Source: an uncultured Desulfobacter sp.
GTDB taxonomy: Bacteria > Desulfobacterota > Desulfobacteria > Desulfobacterales > Desulfobacteraceae
Direction: 5' to 3'
Length of the DNA: 64,000 nt
Assembly: GCA_963665095.1 (NCBI GenBank)
Contig: OY762069.1
Location: 3,168,001-3,232,000 of the forward strand
Shown one piece after another: positions 55,871 through 63,723 of this stretch (within the stretch, counting starts at the first letter, position 1; every line of letters begins with the position of its first letter). A program made the position numbers and the translations under genes. Below the pieces are notes generated by a model, which worked only from the letters and a program-made list of their open reading frames with translations, ran no database searches and was not told where the DNA came from.

Positions 55871-56068
55871 GGGCCATTCGCCTGCCGTTCGCTGAAATCC
55901 GTTTGCACAAGTTCTAAATTTGCTTCGCTAAACTGCAAAAACTGCGGTCCAGTTGGTCCTCAAACAGTTGTAAGCATAGCTTCTCTTCGAGCGCAGTTCT
56001 TCACGCTACGCGGCATTAAGAACTTGTAGCAAACGAATCCCTGACGCTCTCTTGCAGGCGAATGACCC
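55871..56068. repeat. Long imperfect hairpin element (~200 bp)
   Basis: GGGCCATTCGCCTGC / GCAGGCGAATGACCC and CGTTTGCACAAGTTCT / AGAACTTGTAGCAAACG nested arms. Confidence 0.8.
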
Positions 56069-56109
56069 TCCACTAGGCTATGATAATAGACCCGTAACTG
56101 ATAAATCGG

Positions 56110-56287
56110 TCCGGCGGTTGGGCAGGCTATTGTGGAGCATTAAGCTTGATTTTTACAGCCTTTTGTGAAGTGCAGTGGTTAAAAGAAAAAGTTGTCTGAC
56201 CGAAGGGAGTTCTTTTTCTTCAACGGAACGGAACTTAAAGGCTGTTAAAATCTTTGCGTGCGGAACAACAGGCTGACCAACGCCGGA
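56110..56287. repeat. Long imperfect hairpin element (~180 bp)
   Basis: TCCGGCG-GTTGG / CCAA-CGCCGGA, GATTTTTACAGCCTTT / AAAGGCTGTTAAAATC, AGAAAAAG / CTTTTTCT nested arms. Confidence 0.8.
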
Positions 56288-56307
56288 GTTGCGGAGGGGA
56301 ATAATAA

Positions 56308-56355
56308 GGGGGGGGGGGGGGGGGGGCAGGTCTTGAATTACAAGACCTGCCCCCC
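56308..56355. repeat. G19 tract merging into a perfect 15-bp inverted repeat
   Basis: GGGGGGCAGGTCTTG-AATTA-CAAGACCTGCCCCCC. Confidence 0.85.
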
Positions 56356-56374
56356 ATTTTTTATGTCCGAAAGG

Positions 56375-56695
56375 TCATATTTTTATTTTATGTCGGTTTC
56401 GCCATAAAACAACGTCTGAATTAGAATTCCTGACAAACAGCGCAAACTCCTCGGGAGATAAGACCTCTTTGTAATCAACCCTTTTTTTCCCGGCACCAGA
56501 CCTTGCATTGCCGCCGGATTCAGGCTCACCATCAATATATTCCACTGCAATACCCCAGAACGAATTTTCCCCTGCGACCACAAACTCCCGCTGGACATGA
56601 ACGACCCGATGTTGCCGCAAAAACAGGTTCAGGCCTTCCTCTCCGGGCTCCGGGTCCATTGTTCCCACTTTGAAAAATTTGTATTGCACTGTCAT
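56375..56695 (-). pseudogene. Truncated HRDC-domain DGR accessory-like protein
   Basis: QYKFF..LNLFLRQHRVVHVQREF..W...VEY..VDYKEVLSPEEFALF, then abrupt AT-rich sequence where the HRDC helices should be. Confidence 0.7.
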
Positions 56696-56762
56696 ACCGC
56701 GCCACCTTCGCAAACCGAAAAGGAACTGCCTTGCTCCCGCCTTTCTGATAATCCCCACCACC

Positions 56763-56822
56763 GGCCCGTGACGATCATTTCAAGCCTGCTCCGCAACGGC
56801 CGTGAAATGATCGACACGGGCC
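56763..56822. promoter_or_regulatory. 20-bp inverted repeat downstream of the putative DGR variable region
   Basis: GGCCCGTGACGATCATTTCA / TGAAATGATCGACACGGGCC (one mismatch), 18 nt past the stop codon. Confidence 0.7.
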
Positions 56823-56840
56823 TCCCTGCCTTGCCCTGAC

Positions 56841-58922
56841 TCACTTGTGACCTGGGAGGACAAGCCGAAACCCGTAGCCGCAGTACCGCCCAGACGGGTC
56901 GAACCCGCCGCGGTTGCCACAACGCACGCCCCCGGGCCCGTCGTACCAGGAGCCGCCGCGCAACACCCGGCTCGATCCCGAAGTAATAACAGGATTGTTG
57001 CGACTGTGTTTTGAATAGGCGTGTTTATCATATGCATCCCGGCACCACTCCCAAACATTGCCGCTCATGTCATAAAGACCAAGACCGTTGGGTGATTTTG
57101 TCCCTACATGTTGGGTTTTGCCTCCGCTGTTATCTCTATACCAGGCCACACTGCCTGCACTGCTGCCTCCTGAATACTTCTGCCTTTTGCCCCTGCTTCT
57201 GGCTGCATACTCCCACTGGGCTTCCGTGGGCAGGGAAAACCTCTTGCCGGTCTGCTGTGTAAGCTTGTTTATAAACCCCTGGGCATCATGCCAGCTTACT
57301 AGTTCCACCGGCCTGCGGTCCCCATTAAAATACGACGGGCTACTGCCTGTTACCTTGCGGTACTGGGCCTGGGTCACCTCGTATTTACCCATCCAGAAAC
57401 CGCCTACGCACACTTCGTGCACAGGCTTTTCATCATAGTCTCCGTCACCAAAGGTGTCACCCATATCAAAACATCCGCCCGGCACCCACACAAACTCCAT
57501 GCCTGTGACAGGTTCGGTCCAGGTGGCACCGGGTTCAGGATGCCTCGGGGCAGGCGGAGCTACCGAAACAGGAGGTTGCGCGGGTGCTATCACAGCAGTT
57601 TTTTTCAGATGCACGGCAATAGTTTTATCCTCGCCCTGCCCCACCTCCGTCCAGAGGCTTTGGCTGTCATACCCCGAAGCCAGGAGCCGCACATGGTATT
57701 TACCCGGAGCAAGCTCTATTCCCCGGTGATATTTTTCCCGGATGTTCATGATTTTGACGACCGCATCCCCGGGGACGGTATCCACCGTCAGGCTGCCGTT
57801 GACCGGTCTTGCTTCGGCCAGCAGCACATTGACGTCCCTGGACCGGCCGGAACGAAAGGTGTAGGTCCTTTCGTAATTGCCGTAGCCCTGGCTTGTGACG
57901 GTAATCCTGTGATCGCCCGGGGCAATCTCGTAATCCCTTAAGGGTGTCTTTCCCACAAACCGGCCGTCCACCAGGACATCGGCTCCGGCCACGTTGGCCT
58001 CAACCGACAGCCAGGAGCCTTTCTTTGCCGCAGGGGGCGCCGGAATATCCGGTTCCGGACCGGGACCGCCGGCCATGATAAAAACAAATTCACCACCCTG
58101 GTCTCCTGTGCTTTTAATCGGACGACACATGGGGGTCTGGTCTGAATTGTTTGCCACAATACGTGCAAAGCCCGTGTACAGTTCCTGGGTCGAAAGATAG
58201 GGCTTGCTGTTTTTCTTAAGTGCTTTGAGCAGCTGATAGGCAAAGATGCTGTGGCCCCCTGTGCCGCTGTCCGAAACCGGGGTAAAATTGCCCGAGGTCA
58301 TGCCCCACCGGCTCTTTTCATTGAACAGCTCCAGGTAGTATTTATCCGTGATCACCGGAGGTAGCGCCCTTGCCTTGCCGAACAGGGTGCCGGAATAGCA
58401 GGAGTCAGAAATAAGAAGGACATGCCGGGCCTTCATGCCGGCAATCAGCTTTTGGGTCAGTACATTATCCAGATAGGAGAACGAATCCCCCTGCCCGGCA
58501 TCCCACGGGATCCACCACCCACCATCGGTGAGCCGGTCATAATCCCCGTGCCCGGCAAAATAGATCAGCACGGAATCCTCCGGCTTTGCCTTGCTCACAA
58601 GCGTTCGTAAGGCGTCATAGATCCCTTTTTTTGAAGCACTTTGATTGATCAGTATTGTTACCTTGAACCCGTATTTATTCTTCAGCAGAATCTCCATCTC
58701 ATTAACATCGTTCACCGGGGTGTCAAGATCCGGGATACCCGGGTCTTTGTAGTTGTTAATGCCCACAAGCAGGGCGTGGTAAGTCCCGACACGGCCGCCG
58801 CCATGTTTCAGGTCGGAAATTATTTTAACGGCACGGGCATTGTCCTGGGAGGCATATCCGGCCGGAACCGCAACCAGGAGCAATAGACAAATCTGAACAA
58901 GAAGTGTTGCAGTTGTTTTCAT
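56841..58922 (-). CDS. Exported caspase (peptidase C14)-PEGA-FGE/C-type-lectin protein; putative DGR target
   Basis: Signal peptide; YFAGHG and SDSCYSG dyad; VDGRFVGKTP PEGA; LPTEAQWEYAAR, GLYDMSGNVWEWC, RVLRGGSW...GFRL. Confidence 0.92.
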   Translation of the reverse strand: MKTTATLLVQICLLLLVAVPAGYASQDNARAVKIISDLKHGGGRVGTYHALLVGINNYKDPGIPDLDTPVNDVNEMEILLKNKYGFKVTILINQSASKKGIYDALRTLVSKAKPEDSVLIYFAGHGDYDRLTDGGWWIPWDAGQGDSFSYLDNVLTQKLIAGMKARHVLLISDSCYSGTLFGKARALPPVITDKYYLELFNEKSRWGMTSGNFTPVSDSGTGGHSIFAYQLLKALKKNSKPYLSTQELYTGFARIVANNSDQTPMCRPIKSTGDQGGEFVFIMAGGPGPEPDIPAPPAAKKGSWLSVEANVAGADVLVDGRFVGKTPLRDYEIAPGDHRITVTSQGYGNYERTYTFRSGRSRDVNVLLAEARPVNGSLTVDTVPGDAVVKIMNIREKYHRGIELAPGKYHVRLLASGYDSQSLWTEVGQGEDKTIAVHLKKTAVIAPAQPPVSVAPPAPRHPEPGATWTEPVTGMEFVWVPGGCFDMGDTFGDGDYDEKPVHEVCVGGFWMGKYEVTQAQYRKVTGSSPSYFNGDRRPVELVSWHDAQGFINKLTQQTGKRFSLPTEAQWEYAARSRGKRQKYSGGSSAGSVAWYRDNSGGKTQHVGTKSPNGLGLYDMSGNVWEWCRDAYDKHAYSKHSRNNPVITSGSSRVLRGGSWYDGPGGVRCGNRGGFDPSGRYCGYGFRLVLPGHK

Positions 58923-59034
58923 TGCTGACAATCCATATCGAAAATTGAACGGGTTATGGTTAACACACAAGACTCTTCTGAAATATATACAGACATATAG
59001 AAATGATGCTCTCTTTTCAACCCTGTTTCTCGAA

Positions 59035-59145
59035 TTCCGGGGACAGGAGTTCCGGGGACAGTATATCCATTAGAGCGAGTTCCGGAGCGAGTTCCGGGGA
59101 CAGTATATCCATTAGTGATTTAATATGTATGCTGTCCCCCCGAAT
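59035..59145. repeat. Cluster of TTCCGGGGACAG repeats closed by an inverted copy
   Basis: Three direct TTCCGGGGACAG copies, one partial, then CTGTCCCCCGAATT. Confidence 0.85.
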
Positions 59146-59151
59146 TAAAAA

Positions 59152-59388
59152 TTACAACTCATCGCCTTTTACAGGTTCACGGTCGGTGACTTTATTTAAT
59201 ATTGCTTCCATATCATTAATGTCAGCTCTTTCTGTACGACTTTTTAAATAATCTTCTGTCATAATAGCCGAAATTTTTTCAGCTATAGCAGATGAAATAA
59301 GCTGATTAATTGATACACCTTCAATTTTAGCGATTTCACGTATATGGCGGTGAATTGACTCCGGTAGTCTTAGACTTAATGCGCCCAT
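59152..59388 (-). CDS. Ribbon-helix-helix antitoxin (HicB-like)
   Basis: LSLRLPESIH...EGVSINQLI; overlaps the end of the PIN gene. Confidence 0.85.
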   Translation of the reverse strand: MGALSLRLPESIHRHIREIAKIEGVSINQLISSAIAEKISAIMTEDYLKSRTERADINDMEAILNKVTDREPVKGDEL

Positions 59389-59795
59389 TGTATTTCCTCC
59401 AGTAATTGTTTAGGCTCAGTAACTTTGACTCCAAATTGTTCGCTGCCTTTAAAGTCTTTAATATTGAAAGTGGTAATTAGATTAACATTTGAAGCAACAG
59501 CCAATTCAAGCACATGGTCATCTTTGGGGTTTGACAAAAAAGGGCGCCATAGATAGTGGATTTTATGAAATGAAGCCAATTTGCATATATTATCTAAAAA
59601 TGAATCAATTTCACTGTTCGAAAATCCAAGTTTTTTGCTGTTTCTTTTCAGAACATCTTCATATTCAAATAGTAATGCAACCGATAGCACAGGCTCGACT
59701 TTGTGTTGTGTAATAGCACGCAAAACCTGATGCGATGCCCCATTTTTTGAATAAAGCCCTGCAAATAAAATATTTGTATCAAGAACCGCTTGAAT
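59376..59795 (-). CDS. PIN-domain toxin; no canonical start codon ahead of the DTN motif
   Basis: In-frame IQAVLDTNILFAG upstream of the TTG in the ORF track; EY, PKDD, TFNIKDF motifs. Confidence 0.8.
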   Translation of the reverse strand: MQAVLDTNILFAGLYSKNGASHQVLRAITQHKVEPVLSVALLFEYEDVLKRNSKKLGFSNSEIDSFLDNICKLASFHKIHYLWRPFLSNPKDDHVLELAVASNVNLITTFNIKDFKGSEQFGVKVTEPKQLLEEIQWAH

Positions 59796-59830
59796 TTTGA
59801 CACCCCCATTTTATTGGAATCAAATATATA

Positions 59831-59861
59831 ATACCATATACGGTATCGTTTATTGTGTCAA
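59831..59861 (-). promoter_or_regulatory. Promoter and palindromic operator of the PIN-antitoxin operon
   Basis: TTGACA-17 nt-TATGGT overlapped by ATACC-N6-GGTAT. Confidence 0.55.
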
Positions 59862-59928
59862 GCTGTACTTCTTTTTGCGAACGGGTAACTCAGCCGACCG
59901 GGGCATATAGCCGAGCAGGTTGTCGGTC

Positions 59929-59962
59929 GTTCCGGGGACCAGTATACCCATTAGTGATTTAA
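59929..59962 (+). repeat. Direct repeat of 59091-59123
   Basis: GTTCCGGGGACCAGTATACCCATTAGTGATTTAA versus GTTCCGGGGACAGTATATCCATTAGTGATTTAA. Confidence 0.9.
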
Positions 59963-60125
59963 GTTGACCTTACCTTGTCTTGAATGATAGGGACAGTTTT
60001 ATTACTTTTACTTGTGACCTCAAGGCCTTTTTATCCATGCGTCGCGCGAAAATATGTTTAAAATTTTCATATTTTGCCGTATATTATCTGTAGTGCAGAT
60101 GTCAATACAATATTAGGAAGATATC

Positions 60126-60386
60126 ATGGCAAGAACAGCAACCATACAAACCCGTGTTGACCCAACGGTAAAACACAATGCACAGATCATATTAAAAAAA
60201 TTAAATATTTCCATGTCAGAAGCCATTTCGATGTACCTGTCTCAAATCACTTTACATAACGGCATACCATTTGAGATAAAGCTGCCCAATGATGTCACTG
60301 AAACAGTATTACTGAATTCGGAAAAAGGGATTGATCTTCATCAGGTTGAATCTGTTGATGATTTATTTCAGGATCTTGACAGTTGA
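60126..60386 (+). CDS. RelB/DinJ family antitoxin
   Basis: IQTRVD..VK..A..IL..L.ISMSEAI...L.QI....GIPF. Confidence 0.9.
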   Translation: MARTATIQTRVDPTVKHNAQIILKKLNISMSEAISMYLSQITLHNGIPFEIKLPNDVTETVLLNSEKGIDLHQVESVDDLFQDLDS

Positions 60387-60649
60387 ATATCCATTATACA
60401 ACTCAATTTAAAAAAGATTACAAAAGGCTCAAAAGACAGAACAAAGACATTTCAAAACTGAAAACGGTTATCGAGAAACTCTCCTCCGGCAAATTGCTGC
60501 CACCAGTTTACCGTGATCACCCCCTTTCTGGAAATTGGAAAAATCACCGTGATTGTCACATCGAACCTGACTGGCTTTTAATTTACCGAATCACCGCTGG
60601 GAACTTATACCTCGAAAGAACCGGATCGCACTCTGAACTGTTCCAATAA
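60383..60649 (+). CDS. YafQ family mRNA interferase toxin (TTG start)
   Basis: TQFKKDYK, DHPLSGNW, RDCHIEPDWLLIY, RTGSHSELF. Confidence 0.93.
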   Translation: MNIHYTTQFKKDYKRLKRQNKDISKLKTVIEKLSSGKLLPPVYRDHPLSGNWKNHRDCHIEPDWLLIYRITAGNLYLERTGSHSELFQ

Positions 60650-60807
60650 CAATATCCTGAATGCACTGAATGCAAATACGAAAATCACCGGTCCGGCCGG
60701 GATCTCATACAGGGACCTTCACCCGAATTCCTTGGAGAAGCCTTGCCTGTTCCATTGACATTTACCTTTCAATCCGCTTCAATGGCCGGGAAAAAGGAGG
60801 CAGTATC

Positions 60808-61692
60808 ATGGCGGCAAAAGACTTAAGACAGCTCGGTCCTTCAACCTGGGTCATGGAAGGGCCTACCAATATTGGATTTATCAACACTGAAGAGGGTGTA
60901 TTTCTTGTGGACAGCGGCAACGGTAAAGAGGCCGGCCGGCAGATCAATAAAATGTTAAAGAAAATGGAATGGACCCTTTGCGGGGTGATCAACACCCATT
61001 CCAATGCGGATCATATCGGCGGCAATGATTATCTGCAGCGCAACCTTTCCTGTAAAATTTATGCACCGGCGGTTGAAGCGGCATTTACTGAACATCCGGA
61101 GCTTGAGACGGCGTTTTTGTGGGGCGGCAAACCGGTCAAGGATCTGGAAAACCGCTTTTTCAAAGCTGTTCCTTCCCGGGTGGACCATATTCTGACAGAA
61201 AAAAGCCAGGTGGCAGAAGGCCTGACCCTGCATGTGCTGGACGGCCATTTTTTCAACATGATGGGGATTGAAACCTGTGACCAGGTGCTGTTCCTTGCAG
61301 ATGCGCTTTTCGGCTGCAAGGTGCTTGAAAAATACCGGCTGCCCTTTATTTATGATGTCGGGGCGTTCAAGGCGTCCATTGCCCGGATCCAGGCCCTGCC
61401 CGCCACCTGGTATGTTCCTTCCCACGGAAGTATCAGATCAGATATTCAGGAGCTGGCCCAGGCCAACCTTTCTGTGGTAGAGAACCTTGAAACAGATATT
61501 TTGGAAATAGTGACCCGGGCCGCCCATTATGACCATATTTTAAAGGCTGTCTGCGACCGGTACGGAATCACGCTGGACTATGGACAGTACGCCCTGGTAG
61601 GCTCCACAATCCGGTCGTTCCTGTCATACCTGTACAACGAGGAGAAGCTGACCTATTATTTTGAGGACAACTTGCTATACTGGAAATCGTGA
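60808..61692 (+). CDS. MBL-fold metallo-hydrolase
   Basis: THSNADHIGG, GH, PSHG; AGGAGG before ATG 60808. Confidence 0.88.
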   Translation: MAAKDLRQLGPSTWVMEGPTNIGFINTEEGVFLVDSGNGKEAGRQINKMLKKMEWTLCGVINTHSNADHIGGNDYLQRNLSCKIYAPAVEAAFTEHPELETAFLWGGKPVKDLENRFFKAVPSRVDHILTEKSQVAEGLTLHVLDGHFFNMMGIETCDQVLFLADALFGCKVLEKYRLPFIYDVGAFKASIARIQALPATWYVPSHGSIRSDIQELAQANLSVVENLETDILEIVTRAAHYDHILKAVCDRYGITLDYGQYALVGSTIRSFLSYLYNEEKLTYYFEDNLLYWKS

Positions 61693-61780
61693 CGAGGGGG
61701 ATCCCACAAACAAACTTTTTCCATAACTTTCATCCCCGTCCAATCCCGGCTTGATTCATGCCTAAGGACTACAGATGAAA

Positions 61781-61909
61781 TAAGTTGATCAAAATTGCGC
61801 CGAGCTTTGGCTCATATACAAGGCGCATGAAAGGTCTAATAGCAGGCCTATTCGGCCTTTTATGCAACGCCGTAGATGAGCCAAAGGGCAAGTAATTTTG
61901 GTCAAGTTA
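61781..61909. repeat. Long imperfect hairpin element (~130 bp)
   Basis: TTGATCAAAATTGC / GTAATTTTGGTCAA and CTTTGGCTCATATAC / GTAGATGAGCCAAAG arms. Confidence 0.8.
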
Positions 61910-62119
61910 TAAAATTTGTAGTCCTAAGTTAAACTCAGATGCAATCCATGCGGAAGACCGGTCAATAAACGCCTTGTTGCGGGATGACACATCAATGGAC
62001 TCATTAAGATGGTACTCAAGCATCATCTTTGAGGTATGTGCATGGGTCCACAGTTCGGCAGCCGTATAAAACTGAAACGGTTCCGGGCGCTCATTTATTT
62101 TTTTTATCTGTTCAAACAT
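61907..62119 (-). pseudogene. N-terminal fragment of a class I SAM-dependent methyltransferase-like gene
   Basis: LWT..H.SK.ML..HL......SR...FID.S..WI resembles the N-terminus of such enzymes; stops before the GxG motif. Confidence 0.6.
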
Positions 62120-62192
62120 ATCTTTCTCCCGGTGCGTTGTCCTGATGCCTGTCCATCCGATAATTGGGGAAAGGGCAAACACAATTTAAATT

Positions 62193-62996
62193 TCAGGATT
62201 CTTTTTCAAAAAAGATGACTTCACCGTCATCAGGGATATAGGTTTTTGCCAGCAAACCGTTTTTTTCCAACTCCCGGGCCAGCTGTGCCCGGGTGGTTGG
62301 GCAGTGATTCAGGGCTTCCAGATGATTGGCCAGTACTTTGCCCGGCGCGGTCCGGACAAACCGGATCAGTTCATCCACGGGCATGAGAATCGGACGACTG
62401 ACATCCAGGGTTGCGGTACCGGCGGCCATAATGGAGACATCCGGTTTAAGCTCTGACAACACACGCGCTACATGGCTGGTATATACCGTATCACCACTGA
62501 TATAGACTGAAGGCGCATCCGGCAGGGCAAGAAAATACCCTGCACCGTTTGCCATGAATCTGTGAATCCAGCTGTGCCCGTGCCGGGCAGGCACGGCTGT
62601 GATCGCTCCGCCCAAAAAGGAAGCCGGTTGCCAGAATTCCAGCCCTGTTTCAACGCGTAACCCGTATTTTCTTAATACGGTGGCATCCCGGGCAAGGGTT
62701 GTCACCGGTATCTGTCTGTCACAAAGAAACTTCTGGCCGGCTGCATCAAGATGGTCGGTATGCTGCAGGGCTTTGATCCCCCATTTCTGGCTGTGGGTAA
62801 TCAGGCAGTGGGTCACCTTGTCAAGGATAGTGTCTGCACCGAGAGGTAAATCCTTTAATGGATTTCTCAACGGTTTAAAACGAAAATAGGAAAATGGCGG
62901 GATAGAACCTTCAGGCCCCAGCATGGGGTCCACAAGTATGACTTGTTCATGTGATTCAATTACACAGGTGGCGCTTCTTAACTGGTGTATTTTCAT
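62193..62996 (-). CDS. MBL-fold metallo-hydrolase (UlaG-like)
   Basis: LVDPML, TH...HTDHLD, ARHG, SGDT, NHLEA. Confidence 0.88.
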   Translation of the reverse strand: MKIHQLRSATCVIESHEQVILVDPMLGPEGSIPPFSYFRFKPLRNPLKDLPLGADTILDKVTHCLITHSQKWGIKALQHTDHLDAAGQKFLCDRQIPVTTLARDATVLRKYGLRVETGLEFWQPASFLGGAITAVPARHGHSWIHRFMANGAGYFLALPDAPSVYISGDTVYTSHVARVLSELKPDVSIMAAGTATLDVSRPILMPVDELIRFVRTAPGKVLANHLEALNHCPTTRAQLARELEKNGLLAKTYIPDDGEVIFFEKES

Positions 62997-63145
62997 ACGA
63001 TCACCCTTTTTTGAGCATCCGTTAACGATCAATTGGCGTGTGTCTCTATTGTTGTCATCTATTCTCCTGCCTTGACGAATATCTTGAAATTGTTGATATT
63101 GTAAATTCATTAAAATTTCAATTATCAATTTGATTAGGATAAAAC

Positions 63146-63577
63146 GTGACCTGCAACCTCACTACATTCCAGGACCTCTTTGTAGGGCAGAAAGCATCCC
63201 TGACAAAAACGGTCACTGAAAAGGATCTGGACCATTTCATTGCCATTACCGGGGATACAAACCCGCTCCATGTCGACGATGCCTTTGCCCGGCAGACCTT
63301 TTTCGGCCAAAGAATCGCCCATGGCATGTTGTCGGCATCCCTGTTTTCAACTTTGGTGGGAATGCATATCCCTGGTATTGGCGCCATATACAAAAAACAG
63401 ACCCTGGAGTTTCTGCGCCCTGTTTTTATTGGTGATGTTTTGTGTGCATGGTTTGAAATTGTGGCAATTGACCGGGAAAAGGAAGAAATCCTCATTAAAA
63501 GCTGGATTGAAAATCAGGAGGGTCTGGTCGTAATTCAGGGAGAGACAGTGGCCAGTCTATTGAGAGGATTAACATAA
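63146..63577 (+). CDS. MaoC family dehydratase
   Basis: TGDTNPLHVD, RIAHGML, FLRPVFIGD. Confidence 0.92.
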   Translation: MTCNLTTFQDLFVGQKASLTKTVTEKDLDHFIAITGDTNPLHVDDAFARQTFFGQRIAHGMLSASLFSTLVGMHIPGIGAIYKKQTLEFLRPVFIGDVLCAWFEIVAIDREKEEILIKSWIENQEGLVVIQGETVASLLRGLT

Positions 63578-63723
63578 AAATTTCCGGGTACGGTATTTTC
63601 ACTGGAAGCAGGATGACTGAAAAATTTTTTCTGGCAGAAACTTCATGAATTAGATATATCTCAAGTTAAATTTCATTTCTAATTGGGTTTGAGACCTATA
63701 ACTTTCTGAATATAGGGGTCAGC

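Noticed and set aside
55821..56374. Possible DGR template repeat or reverse transcriptase
   Set aside because: No AAC-rich copy of the GGSW...GFR segment and no RT-like ORF seen on either strand here or elsewhere in the window.
59035..59145. Short repeats as a CRISPR array
   Set aside because: Irregular spacing, no unique 30-40 bp spacers, an inverted copy, and no cas genes.
59003..59251. 82-aa ORF with SSGDSISI repeats
   Set aside because: Just the translation of the DNA repeat cluster and antisense to the antitoxin.
61781..61912. Hairpin as an integron attC site
   Set aside because: Ends do not match RYYYAAC/GTTRRRY and no integron integrase is present.
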